Below are positions 25,901 through 36,114 of a stretch of 64,000 nucleotides of DNA, piece after piece. The stretch is from Kofleriaceae bacterium. Lineage in GTDB: Bacteria > Myxococcota_A > Polyangia > Haliangiales > Haliangiaceae. Location: contig CBDCWZ010000010.1 in NCBI GenBank assembly GCA_965223575.1, positions 1 through 64,000 on the forward strand, in the 5' to 3' direction. The notes beneath the pieces are model-generated. The model worked only from the letters and a program-made list of their open reading frames with translations. It was not told the DNA's origin and did no database searches. The first letter of the stretch is position 1. Each line of letters starts with the position of its first letter. A program made the translations under genes and the position numbers.

Positions 25901-26743
25901 GAGTGCCGAAGTTTTATCGCGACTGTTACGAACAAGGAGTAATAGATGAGGATCGCAACAAACTGCTAAAGCGGGTTTTCTTTCAGAGTTCGTCTCCACT
26001 CAGAACCGAAGCCGATAACTGGTTCTTGAAAGAAATCCACGGACGCTATGATGTGGTGCTCAAATTCATCCGCGCGAAATGGTGGTTGCAGCCATGGAGA
26101 ACTCGTAACCCACGTTCGTAACGTTAGTGGCGAAGAAAGTGAACAGGTTGGCGGCTATCTGAAGGGGTTGATAGAGAAGTATGGACTAATCGAGAAGAAG
26201 CTACCCATCTTTGCAAAACCAAAAGCACGCAAGGGTCGATATTACATTTCCGATAACTTCCTGCGCGCATGGCTGGCGGCTATTGCAAATCAGGTGGCTG
26301 CACTCAATTTCGTTCCGGCGGACAAACTCATTGCAACAACAAATGATCGCCTTGCGGAAGTTGAAGGATTCGCTTTGGAGAAACTGGTTGGGCAGATCTA
26401 CGAGGAATGTAGCCGCAAAGGAGTGGGCGATTTCCTTTTGTCCGACCGAGTTCAAGGTTTTTGGGATCGCAATGACACGGAAATCGATCTCGTGGCTCTC
26501 AATGAAACAGAGCGTCGGATCAGATTTGGCAATTGTAAGCGATCAGCCACAAGACTCGTTGCTGATTTCACAAAATTCGACGGCCATGTCGCACGATTTC
26601 TTAAAGCTCACAAAAAGTACCAAGATTGGACTGTAGAAAAAGCGGCTATCGCACCGACTATCCCGCCGGGAATCCGAGAAGTCATTCTGTCTCACCAGTA
26701 CCTTGCTCAGGATCTAAATGATTTAACTCGTCCGTTACGGTAG
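22952..26743 (+). pseudogene. ATPase_2 (PF01637)/DUF234-family AAA+ ATPase gene disrupted by an IS66 insertion and frameshift (pieces 22952-23317, 25740-26121, 26048-26743)
   Basis: N-terminal TGRRRIGKTTL (Walker A); C-terminal …YYISDNFLRAWL…EIDLVAL (DUF234); paralog of the intact 48059-49549 gene. Confidence 0.65.
23330..25760 (-). mobile_element. IS66-family insertion sequence (tnpA-tnpB fused ORF + frameshifted tnpC)
   Basis: 24970-25734: IS66 Orf1 HTH (RAEQRKILRAWQKS…) fused to Orf2 (VFVAVNPVDMRKQFDGLA…HLYVFANRRRHLLKIL); 23378-24973: TnpC (…ISNAHVERALR…) split into two frames. Confidence 0.85.
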
Positions 26744-26999
26744 ATTCCTATCGCCATCGGTTTTAGCGAACTTGTTTAGAACCCAGTGACACCAAGAGAA
26801 CTTCACCCCCTTTTTCCGTCACTTTTGGACCATTGCTGTCACACAGGGTCTCGTTGCAACTTAGCGAAGTATTTGACCCCTGATGTGAAATTAGAAAGCT
26901 AACGTCGTCTGCTTTCAACGTAGATCGGCACCTGCGCCTCCTTTCTTGCTTGGGCGCTCCAGGGTCACGAGCTCGATGCGATCGAACAGGTGGCGCAGT

Positions 27000-28024
27000 T
27001 CATCGGCTTCCTCTCGAATAATCGCAAAACGCTTGGGTGCACCCAAATCCTCCGCTCCCAGCTCCGAGCAGCGGAAGCGCCACCGTCCGTGCTCCCAACC
27101 AGTGTGCCAGGCGAAGGGATGACTGCGCCGCTTGTCTGATCGATTGCTCCGACGCTCGCCACGCCAGATCAATCGCGTCGGCGTGGATCACCCACTTCGC
27201 CGCAAGCTGGCCGGCGTTTGTTTCCATGGCGTTGCCCAGCGGCAGTGGGCCTGCTCTGCCGGCGGCCGCAATGACTGCCCGCCCGCCCGCACTGCGGATC
27301 GCCCGCGCCACTCCCTGGGGTATGACAAGCCACGGAGGGATGAGATTTCGATTCCACGCGTTCACGATGGCATCGACTTCGCGAGCGGCGATATCTCCCT
27401 CAACCTCGATGATCTCGGCCCGGGTGGCGCTCACCGCCTCCTGAACGGCGAGTCGATCTGCCAGCCAGACGAGGGAATCGCGATGCTGAACTGTGCCCGC
27501 CCACTTCTCAGGGAGGGCTAGGACTCCGATTTGGGCGCCGATGCACGCCGCTACTGTGGCACCAATGCTGTCGGTATCTCCGCCTGCGCGGAACACTGCA
27601 TTCATCGCAGCCTGAATATCCGTGCCGTGATCGAGGAGAGTGTGAACCACGGCCGACATGCAACCGCAATGGTAAGCTGTGTATCGTCGGATACATCTCC
27701 GGGACGGCGCAAGAAACGAATTAGGCCCCGCCGCATTCGTACTGCACCAGGATAACGAAGTCGAGTCATCCAACGCGGTAGGCTCTCCGCTGGCAGGTTG
27801 AGCGCATCACCGACACCCAGGCCAACCAAGCAACCACGGCATCGATCGATGCGCTCACTCACCTCGCGAGAATCGGTTGGTTCAAGCTCCGGGTAGGCGT
27901 GTCGAGCCCAGCGAATTCGGCACGCCGCCACGAAAGCTCTCCAAACAAGATACCCGGCGCTGACGATCCACAGCGCCGTGAAGGCGAAGCGCACCAAGTC
28001 CACCGTCATTGTGCTCCCTCCCAA
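27000..28024 (-). pseudogene. ADP-ribosylglycohydrolase (ARH/DraG-like) fused to a C-terminal Macro domain; single frameshift near 27700
   Basis: 28024-27602: LVGLGVGDALNLPAE and GDVSDDTQLT (ARH N-terminal motifs); 27773-27000: GGDTDSIGATVAACIGA (ARH C-terminal), then AIVNAWNRNL…AAKWVIHA (Macro). Confidence 0.6.
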
Positions 28025-28204
28025 CGCCTGATGCCCAGGCGCTCGCTCGTTTTCCGATCCGATATCGGAAATACGCTCGGTCGCCCGGACTTTGGCCAGT
28101 GATCATGCAGCTCTACATACTTTTCCGTGCGGAGGTTCATTTGGATCTTGCCTTTGTGTACTTGGTACATTAAGCTATGTGTATAGAGTACACAATAAGA
28201 AACC

Positions 28205-28894
28205 ATGACTGTTACCTACAAATATCCGCGCCCCGCTGTCGCGGTCGATTGTGTGGTCTTTGGTGTCGATGATGAGGACCTAAAGGTACTCCTGATTCAA
28301 CGAGATCTGAAACCATTTGAGGGCTCGTGGGCGCTGCCCGGCGGCTTCGTTCACATGGACGAAGGCCTCCCCGATGCTGCTCGTCGCGAACTCAAAGAGG
28401 AGACGGGCCTCGGGCGTGTGTTCCTGGAGCAGCTCTTCACCTTCGGCGCCGTCGACAGAGATCCGCGAGGCCGCGTCGTGTCGGTCGCCTACTACGCGCT
28501 GGTGCGGCTTATGGATCATAAGGTTCAGGCCGCCACGGATGCCCGCGACGCGAAATGGTTCCCCGTCTGGGACACGCCATCACTGGCGTTCGACCACGAG
28601 CGGATCCTGCAAACAGCTCTCGACAGGCTCAAGGGCAAGGTGCGTTATCAGCCCATCGGCTTCGAGCTCCTGCCCAAAAAATTCACCTTGAGTCAACTCC
28701 AAGGCCTCTACGAAACCATCCTGGAGCGCGAGCTCGATCGGCGGAACTTCCGCAAGAAAATCCTGTCCATGGACATTTTGGAGGAGCTCGATGAGGTTCA
28801 GGAAGGCGTCGCCCACCGTGCGGCTCGCCTCTATCGCTTCAACGAGCGCAAATACAAGAAGCTCGTCAAAGCGGGCTTCGACTTTCAAATTTGA
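28205..28894 (+). CDS. Nudix hydrolase with C-terminal winged-helix domain (NrtR-like ADP-ribose-responsive regulator/ADPR pyrophosphatase)
   Basis: [26 protein letters not shown] (Nudix box) plus ~90-aa C-terminal extension typical of NrtR. Confidence 0.7.
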   Translation: MTVTYKYPRPAVAVDCVVFGVDDEDLKVLLIQRDLKPFEGSWALPGGFVHMDEGLPDAARRELKEETGLGRVFLEQLFTFGAVDRDPRGRVVSVAYYALVRLMDHKVQAATDARDAKWFPVWDTPSLAFDHERILQTALDRLKGKVRYQPIGFELLPKKFTLSQLQGLYETILERELDRRNFRKKILSMDILEELDEVQEGVAHRAARLYRFNERKYKKLVKAGFDFQI

Positions 28895-28903
28895 GGAATC
28901 AAC

Positions 28904-29401
28904 ATGTCGCAGATTTTATACAAGACAGGTGACGCAACTCAGCCCACGACCACCGGTTGCAACATTATCGCCCACATCTGCAACGACCTTGGTGGCTGGG
29001 GGAAGGGGTTTGTCGTAGCAATTTCTCGGCGTTGGCCTGGGCCAGAGAAGGAGTATCGACGGTGGCATGCAGAGAAGTCGCCTGCGTTCGAGCTTGGGGC
29101 GATGCAACTCGTAGCGGTCAGCTCCACACTTGCCGTGGCGAATATGATCGCGCAGCGAGGAATCCGTAGCACATCGGATGGTCCTGCCATTCGGTACGCG
29201 GCCCTTCGAACATGCCTCGAGACGCTAACAGATCACGCACAGCGTCTCCGTGCCAACGTGCACATGCCCCGCATCGGGTGTGGTCTTGCTGGAGGAAAGT
29301 GGGAGCAGATCGAACCGATCATCAAAGATACGCTAATCGCTGGGGACGTCTCGGTGCATGTCTATGACTTCGCACCATCCGGTCCCGCGAGAAAGGAGTA
29401 G
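28904..29401 (+). CDS. Macro-domain protein (ADP-ribose/O-acetyl-ADP-ribose binding or hydrolase)
   Basis: [19 protein letters not shown] … [13 protein letters not shown]. Confidence 0.7.
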   Translation: MSQILYKTGDATQPTTTGCNIIAHICNDLGGWGKGFVVAISRRWPGPEKEYRRWHAEKSPAFELGAMQLVAVSSTLAVANMIAQRGIRSTSDGPAIRYAALRTCLETLTDHAQRLRANVHMPRIGCGLAGGKWEQIEPIIKDTLIAGDVSVHVYDFAPSGPARKE

Positions 29402-29404
29402 ACA

Positions 29405-30430
29405 ATGGCAGAGATCAGAGACTTCGGGATTGTTCGGCACCTTCGGGCGGATCCGACTTCGCACATCATCAAGTACAAGAAGGGCCAAGTGCATCGAGCG
29501 GGTCGTGGTGGCGCCCTGTGGTTCTTGCCGATGTCTACGGCCCTGGCGGAAGTGCCGGTCGATGATCGCGAACTGTCGTTCCTGTTCCATGGTCGGTCTT
29601 CGGACTTCCAGGACGTCACGACCCAGGGTGTCATCACCTACCGGATCGCAGCGCCTGAGACAACGGCCGACCGGATTGACTTCAGCATCGACCTCCGCTC
29701 GGGGGTTCACCGGAAACAACCGCTAGAGAAGCTGGCGCTGTTTCTCAATGAGCTGGCCCAACAGTTTGCCTGGGCCTACGTGGTGCGAACTCCGGTTCGC
29801 GAGCTGCTCGTAAGCGGCCAGGAAAAAGTTCGCCAGGACATCATGGCCGGCTTTGCGCAAGAAAATGGGCTGGCGGACCTGGGCATCGAGATCGTCTCGA
29901 TCCGCGTGTCATCCATCAAGCCAACCGCCGACCTGGAGAAGGCCTTGGAGACCAAGACGCGGGAAAAGATCCAGCAAGAGGCCGACGAGGCGATGTTCGA
30001 GCGCCGCGCCCTGGCTGTGGAGAAGGAGCGTGCCATTGCCGAGAACGAGCTACAAAACCAGATCGAACTCGCGACTCGAGAAGAGCAGCTCATCGCCCAG
30101 CAGGGACAAAACGAGAAGCGACGCATCGAAGAGGGGGCCGAGGCCAAGAAGATCGCGGCGCAGGCGGAGGCGGAGCGAACAGAGATCCAGTCTCGCGCCA
30201 AAGCTGGAGGGATCCGGTTCGTGGAGAGCGCAAGAGTTGCGGGCGAGCGCGAGCGCATGGAGATCTACCGGGACTTGCCACCCGCCGTAACCATGGGGCT
30301 CGCGGCCCGCGAGCTTGCCGGCAAGCTCCACAAGATCGAGCATCTCAACCTGTCGCCGGATCTGCTCGGACCGTCGCTGCTGAACCTCATGAACCTCGGC
30401 GCCAAGAAGCTAGATCCGGCAGACGGGTAG
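29405..30430 (+). CDS. SPFH/band-7 (stomatin/prohibitin-like) domain protein with coiled-coil C-terminus
   Basis: …[43 protein letters not shown]…. Confidence 0.7.
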   Translation: MAEIRDFGIVRHLRADPTSHIIKYKKGQVHRAGRGGALWFLPMSTALAEVPVDDRELSFLFHGRSSDFQDVTTQGVITYRIAAPETTADRIDFSIDLRSGVHRKQPLEKLALFLNELAQQFAWAYVVRTPVRELLVSGQEKVRQDIMAGFAQENGLADLGIEIVSIRVSSIKPTADLEKALETKTREKIQQEADEAMFERRALAVEKERAIAENELQNQIELATREEQLIAQQGQNEKRRIEEGAEAKKIAAQAEAERTEIQSRAKAGGIRFVESARVAGERERMEIYRDLPPAVTMGLAARELAGKLHKIEHLNLSPDLLGPSLLNLMNLGAKKLDPADG

Positions 30431-30437
30431 CCAAAGG

Positions 30438-31337
30438 ATGAAGGGAAACAAGGCGCCCAGGGTCGTGGTAGTGACGCGGCCAACTCAATACGACGAGTTG
30501 ATCGCTCGCCACGCGACTCGGCAGCAGGCGGAGTTCTTCCTCAAAGGCCGGGGACAATCGCTGGAGTCCGTGGACCGTGCCCACCAGCTCTGGCTCTCTG
30601 CTGTCGAAGCCATTTCGCAGGCGATACCTGTGTCGTGGCGGAGGTCTGCGGTTTCCCGCCTTGACCTCAATCGGTTCGTCTTCGAGCCCAGCGACCTTGT
30701 TGTCGCTGTCGGCCAGGACGGCCTTGTGGCTAACGTCGCTAAGTATCTCAGCGGACAGCGGGTCGTCGGCATCAATCCAGATCCTGAGACCTACGATGGC
30801 ATCCTGGTTCCGCACCAGCCCAGTGCCCTCAAGCGGCTGTTTAGGTCGGTGAAGGATGAGCGATGCGAGATCGAGGCGCGGTGCATGGTCTCTGTGACCG
30901 TCGATGACGGCCAGAAGCTCCTTGCGCTCAATGAGCTCTTTCTCGGGCATCGCACTCACCAGTCGGCGCGATACCGAATTGGCTGGGCAGGAACCGAGGA
31001 AGTACAATCATCCTCGGGGCTCATTGTCACAACCGGGACCGGCGCCACAGGCTGGGCTCGGTCCATTTGTCTGCGGCGCATCGATCCACCACGGTTGCCA
31101 ACACCGACAGAAGCGAGTCTCGCCTTCTTTGTGCGTGAAAGTTTCCCAAGCGTTGGCACAGGGATCGCAATCCAAGACGGACTGATCCCGCAACCCGAGC
31201 AACTGAACGTCGTCTCGCAGATGAACGACGGCGGAGTCATCTTCGGCGACGGGATCGAGAACGACCGAATTGACTTTCACTGGGGCATGACGGCCAACAT
31301 TCAGGTGGCGGATGTACGCCTACAACTCGTGCGCTAG
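30438..31337 (+). CDS. NAD kinase-like (ATP-NAD/diacylglycerol kinase fold) protein
   Basis: LVVAVGQDGLVANVAKYL…VVGINPDP (GGDG-type motif, degenerate), later TTGTGATGWARS; starts 8 nt after the SPFH stop. Confidence 0.55.
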   Translation: MKGNKAPRVVVVTRPTQYDELIARHATRQQAEFFLKGRGQSLESVDRAHQLWLSAVEAISQAIPVSWRRSAVSRLDLNRFVFEPSDLVVAVGQDGLVANVAKYLSGQRVVGINPDPETYDGILVPHQPSALKRLFRSVKDERCEIEARCMVSVTVDDGQKLLALNELFLGHRTHQSARYRIGWAGTEEVQSSSGLIVTTGTGATGWARSICLRRIDPPRLPTPTEASLAFFVRESFPSVGTGIAIQDGLIPQPEQLNVVSQMNDGGVIFGDGIENDRIDFHWGMTANIQVADVRLQLVR

Positions 31338-32283
31338 GAGAACCATGCTGCTGCAGCCAATATCAACCCAACTATCAAAGGCTCGCCGGATTTTGCTTGC
31401 GGGCTGTGGCGGCGGATACGATGTGATGGGAGCGGTTCCACTGTTGGTGGATCTTCTAGCGGCCGGGCACGATGTCGCGCTGGCCAACCACTCATTCTCC
31501 AATCTGGCGGATCTGCCGCGCGTACTCCAGGACGCCGAAGTTGATTGTCTGTATGAGGTGCCACCGTCAGCCGCCACGTCGGACAGGTATTGCCCGGAAG
31601 CTTGGCTTGCGCGATGGTGTGCGGAGAGACTTGGGAGGGAGGTCCAGTCGTGGGCCTTCGCCAAGAAAGGCTCGCGACCATTGCACGCTGCCTACCAACG
31701 GCTTATCTTCGAGCATGACTTCGATGCCATCGTTCTCATTGATGGAGGCATTGATGCAATTTTGCGCGGCAATGAGTCCTCTCTTGGGACACCCGCAGAG
31801 GATCTCGCTTCTCTCGCGGCGGTTTCACGACTCGATGTGCCCATCAAACTCATCGGGTGCGTTGGGTTTGGCGGCGAGATGCGCGATGGGATCTGCCACG
31901 ACCAAGTGTTCGACCGCATCGCCGAACTTACGGCACTCGGCGCGAACCTAGGCAGTGCCACGCTCCTCGCACAGACCTTGGCGGGACAGCGCTACCTCGA
32001 GGCGGTGGATTACGTGTTCGCCAACCAACAGGGCCAGCGCACCAGCCACATTCACAAGGTTGTGAGTGCTGCCGTCCGTGGCGAATCGGGCAGTCGCGGC
32101 GAGCATGTCTGGCTCTCGCCACTCCTCAATCAGTTTTGGTTCTTCGACCTCATGGGCGTCACCGGCAGTCATCTGTTCCTAGAGCATCTCTGGGACACGC
32201 AGGAGAGCTGGGACGTCTCGGCTCGTATCGAAGGACTCCGCAAAGGCGTGGACATCTTGCCTCGATCGAGGATTCCGATCTGA
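31312..32283 (+). CDS. DUF1152-family protein
   Basis: ILLAGCGGGYDVMGAVPL… N-terminal signature; overlaps the previous gene end (operon). Confidence 0.5.
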   Translation: MYAYNSCARRTMLLQPISTQLSKARRILLAGCGGGYDVMGAVPLLVDLLAAGHDVALANHSFSNLADLPRVLQDAEVDCLYEVPPSAATSDRYCPEAWLARWCAERLGREVQSWAFAKKGSRPLHAAYQRLIFEHDFDAIVLIDGGIDAILRGNESSLGTPAEDLASLAAVSRLDVPIKLIGCVGFGGEMRDGICHDQVFDRIAELTALGANLGSATLLAQTLAGQRYLEAVDYVFANQQGQRTSHIHKVVSAAVRGESGSRGEHVWLSPLLNQFWFFDLMGVTGSHLFLEHLWDTQESWDVSARIEGLRKGVDILPRSRIPI

Positions 32284-32298
32284 TGAATCAGCACCATC

Positions 32299-32562
32299 CT
32301 AGATCCCTAGCGCTACGCATTGGAGCGCGGATTTGAAACGCCAATGCGACGAGGTTTCAAGACCATCATCTTCGTGGCCGTCAATCACGGCGATTCCGGC
32401 TAGATGGGCACGATCGAGATTCGTCGTAAGCGGCACGACTAGAACCGATTGTAGTGCTCGGATGAGGGCATCACTCTGCCATACCACCACTGGGCGTCTG
32501 CCTGTTTGCTCAAGTGGACGATGGGCACCGAGATCAGCCCACCAGATTTCGCCGCGCTTCAT
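32299..32562 (-). CDS. mazF: MazF/PemK-family endoribonuclease toxin
   Basis: MKRGEIWWADLGAHRPLEQTGRRPVVVWQSD…; a truncated copy of its first ~28 codons lies at 11936-12020. Confidence 0.75.
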   Translation of the reverse strand: MKRGEIWWADLGAHRPLEQTGRRPVVVWQSDALIRALQSVLVVPLTTNLDRAHLAGIAVIDGHEDDGLETSSHWRFKSALQCVALGI

Positions 32563-33315
32563 CTAGCATCTTCTTCAGCCAGCATCTCGCACCACTCATC
32601 TATTCCTTGATCAGCAAGGACCATATCCTCTTCCTCACCAATCTTGGCGAGACGATTTAAGTCGCGGGATCGGGACGGCGAAGCACGATCGAAGAGACAC
32701 GCTCTCCATGGCTAAGATCTAGACGTTTGCCGGGCTTGAGCACACCGTCACGGTATTCAGCTTCAATTGGCTTCACAGTCAATAGGTTACCATGTTCCCA
32801 AACTGCGGGCCATCGCCGTGATTTGGCCCTAGAAAAAGCAACAAAAACGAGAGGTTCAAACCGTCTCCGAAAGCGGCGCAGAGCGTGATTTTTCCGGGCT
32901 AGTCCTCGATTGGGCATAGACGGGGAATTCCAACAAACGATTCGCCACACACACTACAACGCTTTACGTTCACACCAATCAAGGTAACGCGAACGCCCTG
33001 GGCATCGTACAGATAGTTTTCTCTTGCAGACTTCAACTGCCCGTCACAATGTATGCACTTCATGTCCATCTCCCCAAACTAGCGATGCGTCCGCCATACT
33101 GTGACGATGACAAGCTCGAACTCACTCCAGAAGCAACCACAACGGTGGGCAACACGCCGAATAATAATGCGTGTCATTGCTCAGACGCGTGGTCTGCCGG
33201 TAGCTCTTCCTGAAAATCTTCCCAAGAAGTTCCTTCGTCGGGATCTCGTTCGTACTCTGCTAGCCGTTCGTCTAATACTTTGCGGTGCCAGTTGGGAACT
33301 TCAACTTGCTCTGAT

Positions 33316-33546
33316 TTATGGCCGAAATCCTGCAATTTTTCTCAGTGGACAGGGTGCTCGCCGACGCGCCCGCTTCGCGATGAGGCCCAAGCATTTCCGG
33401 CAAGTCACGGCTCGAAGATCGTCGGTTGCAATACCCTCGACCTCAGCTCGATGGGCAGCCTCGAGATCCCTGGGATTACACAACACCATGTCTTCTGCGT
33501 TGAGAGCATGTAGATCGCACGTTGTTCTCCTGTCGGCCATGTTCAT
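33316..33546 (-). CDS. small hypothetical protein translationally coupled to rtcB (ATGA overlap)
   Basis: 76-aa ORF starting 4 nt before the rtcB stop. Confidence 0.35.
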   Translation of the reverse strand: MNMADRRTTCDLHALNAEDMVLCNPRDLEAAHRAEVEGIATDDLRAVTCRKCLGLIAKRARRRAPCPLRKIAGFRP

Positions 33547-34691
33547 GTCCCCTTGTAGACCAGCACTGGTTCCAAACGCCGGACGATGCGTGTAAGCGTT
33601 TTCTGTGCCCGCATTACTTTGTTGATGTTCTTATAGGCCCCGGGAGCCTCGTCTCGCAGACGGCCCGCGATGCGGTGATCGAACCAGATGCCAGTCATCT
33701 GCTCGACCAGTTTATTAATGCTGATTGCTCTTCGAGCCTCGGTTCGGCTGAGGCAGCGACCAGCACCATGAGAGCTTGAACACAAAGACTCGACATCGCC
33801 CCGGCCCTCAACGTGAAAGCTGGCACTACCCATTGATCCGGGGATAATCCCCGGTTCTCGTAAACGGGCTGAGATAGCCCCTTTGCGGTGAACCCACAGC
33901 AGTCGATCTTGGTGTTTCTCCTGTCTAACGAAGTTGTGATGACAGTCAAAGTACGACTCCCACCGTGCAACGCTGCCGGTGACGTCTTCCAACCTGCGTG
34001 CGACGACCTCGGCCATGCGCCGTCGACTCAGCCGCGCATAATCAAGAGCCCACTTGAGATCGTGCAAATAGGCTTGCCCAAGCGACGAATTCGCAGGCAT
34101 CGAGCGTAGACCTCCGTCGGCACCACCATGATGTTCACGGATACCCTGGCCGATCCCACGGGATCCGCTGTGCACCATCAACCACAGCGCGTTCTCGGCA
34201 TCGCGTTGAAATTCGATGAAGTGATTTCCGCGCCCCAGTGTTGCGAACTGCGTCCTAGCGATTTTGGTTTTCTTCTTTTCCAGAGACGACACCGACAGTT
34301 TTCGACTGGCTAGCTCGTCGGGAAGCCTTGCGTTGACTGATCTGTGACTCGACGTAGGCACTTGATTCGCCAGCATCGTGAGCACGCGAGCCGCCATAAT
34401 TCGGTCGTTTAGAAGGTTCGCGTCAGTATCAAATCGCAGCGCCGACATCCCACAACCAATATCGCCTCCCACGGCATCGGGAAAGAGATGGCTGTGCGTT
34501 GCGACGACGGTACCAACGCACACCGCTTTGGCAAGATGTACATCGGGCATCACTGCGACCACAGCGACGTCCTGCAACTCCGCGATCCTATCCAGCGCCC
34601 TGCGAACGTCCGCTGGTAGCGCGTCATGGGTCCACGTTCGGACAGGCATGCGGCTACTCATTGCCAACCTCCTGTTCCCAATTCCCGTCAC
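33543..34691 (-). CDS. rtcB: RNA 3'-phosphate/2',3'-cyclic phosphate ligase RtcB
   Basis: DVHLAKAVCVGTVVATH…GGDIGCGM…NHFIEFQ…MVHSGSRGIGQ…CHHNFV…SSSHGAGR. Confidence 0.9.
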   Translation of the reverse strand: MTGIGNRRLAMSSRMPVRTWTHDALPADVRRALDRIAELQDVAVVAVMPDVHLAKAVCVGTVVATHSHLFPDAVGGDIGCGMSALRFDTDANLLNDRIMAARVLTMLANQVPTSSHRSVNARLPDELASRKLSVSSLEKKKTKIARTQFATLGRGNHFIEFQRDAENALWLMVHSGSRGIGQGIREHHGGADGGLRSMPANSSLGQAYLHDLKWALDYARLSRRRMAEVVARRLEDVTGSVARWESYFDCHHNFVRQEKHQDRLLWVHRKGAISARLREPGIIPGSMGSASFHVEGRGDVESLCSSSHGAGRCLSRTEARRAISINKLVEQMTGIWFDHRIAGRLRDEAPGAYKNINKVMRAQKTLTRIVRRLEPVLVYKGT

Positions 34692-35118
34692 TCATCGCCT
34701 TCGCTGGAACAACCGTGAAGCGCAGCATCGGGACGCGCTTACGGTTGATGGCCTTGGCAACTTCGCTGCGAAAATAGCCGGCTGCTCGATCCAATATCTG
34801 ATGCATCCCCTCATAGTCATAGTCTCCTTCTGATGTGACCAGCACCCGCAACTGTGCAGCACCTCCCTGTGGTTCCACGGAGGCGACGTAGACACCCCTA
34901 AGAAATGGATTGGCGGAGCACGCGAGAGCGATCGCAATGGCCTCTTCTACCTGCCTGCAGAGCTGGATTGTTTTGGTATCTACCCTGTGAGGGTCAGAAA
35001 ATACGGATTCTTCTTCGTTACTTGAGCCAACAAGGCCCTCATACGCGCAATCATTTCTGCGCCGTTTCTTGCGTGAAGTCATGCTTCTCCCATTGCGTGG
35101 CAGGCAGACGCCAGCCAC
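34654..35118 (-). CDS. RbfA-family (ribosome-binding factor A-like) protein with Arg-rich N-terminal extension, first gene of the rtcB operon
   Basis: …RVDTKTIQLCRQVEEAIAIAL…LRGVYVASVEPQGGAAQLRVLV…GYFRSEVAKAINRKRVPMLRF follows the RbfA KH-like pattern. Confidence 0.5.
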   Translation of the reverse strand: MAGVCLPRNGRSMTSRKKRRRNDCAYEGLVGSSNEEESVFSDPHRVDTKTIQLCRQVEEAIAIALACSANPFLRGVYVASVEPQGGAAQLRVLVTSEGDYDYEGMHQILDRAAGYFRSEVAKAINRKRVPMLRFTVVPAKAMSDGNWEQEVGNE

Positions 35119-36114
35119 ACGTCATCAATCAGACGTTTTCAAACGGGTCTCAAATCCGGCGTCAACCCTCTCAGGGACACCGTGAGAGCTAGAAGACGCG
35201 GGAAGTAAAACCCACGAACGAAAGCATGTTGGCAAGATCGGACATGATGGCCTCCTGTGGTTCTTTTAAGATACCGGCACATCGCCGATTTGGCAAGCAG
35301 ATTCTACTAGTGCGATCAGATCTCGACTGGTCTCGGCAAACAGATGTACCCGTGGCCGGGTCCGATAAGAGCGTTAGCGAGCCGGCAGGCGAAAACCGTA
35401 GCGGTAACCCTGGTCAGAATAGCGTAAGGATTCGACCTGGAATCGAGCTGGAAAGTCAGTTTCCAGCCGTTTTAGAAACTCGGTCAGGCGAGGCCCGTTG
35501 CGGTCAGCGAGGCGGCGATTGTCACCGGGGGGCAATAAACGATTTGGAAATGTCAAAATCACCTTTTTTTAGTCCTAGTTGGGTTAAGTGGAGCTAAAAC
35601 TGGTAGCGTTGATTGAGTTTTTGAGGATGAACAAGTCAAGAACTACATTGAGATCGAGCGTATTCCGTACATACTTGTTAGTCTTATCGCTTGCATGGAT
35701 CTCGTGTGGGCGAGTTGGCTTTGATGCTACGGCAATAGACGATCGTAGCAACCGCGATGCCGGAGACACGAATATTCAAGTCACGGATGGCCTGGTTGCC
35801 CGCTACTTGGTTGCGGGAACGGGACTCACCGACGAATTTGGCGATGGCCCTACCGGAACAAATCCTAGAGCAGGCATCCTTAGGACGACGCACCCATAAG
35901 TTACGAGAAACTTCTTGCGTTTTGCGTCGATTTCGCTAACCTAATTGAATCTCCATTGTCGGGGAGCCAAAGAACATGATTGCTTCGTACTTCATTTAAT
36001 CCCTCCTGCCAAAGCGAACTGTCCAGTTTGATTTAGGCGTCGGCATCACGAGCACAACGTGCTCATTGTTGGTGGCGACATGAGGTTCAGCGGATTCATC
36101 GTTGCAACGCGCGC

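Noticed and set aside
33101-33595. 164-aa plus-strand ORF between the mqsA-like remnant and rtcB
   Set aside because: It overlaps the rtcB-coupled small ORF on the other strand. No motif was found. Likely spurious.
34654-35118. Archease (the usual RtcB cofactor) as identity of the gene upstream of rtcB
   Set aside because: The sequence pattern fits RbfA-like KH-fold proteins better than archease signatures. The call is kept as RbfA-like with moderate confidence.
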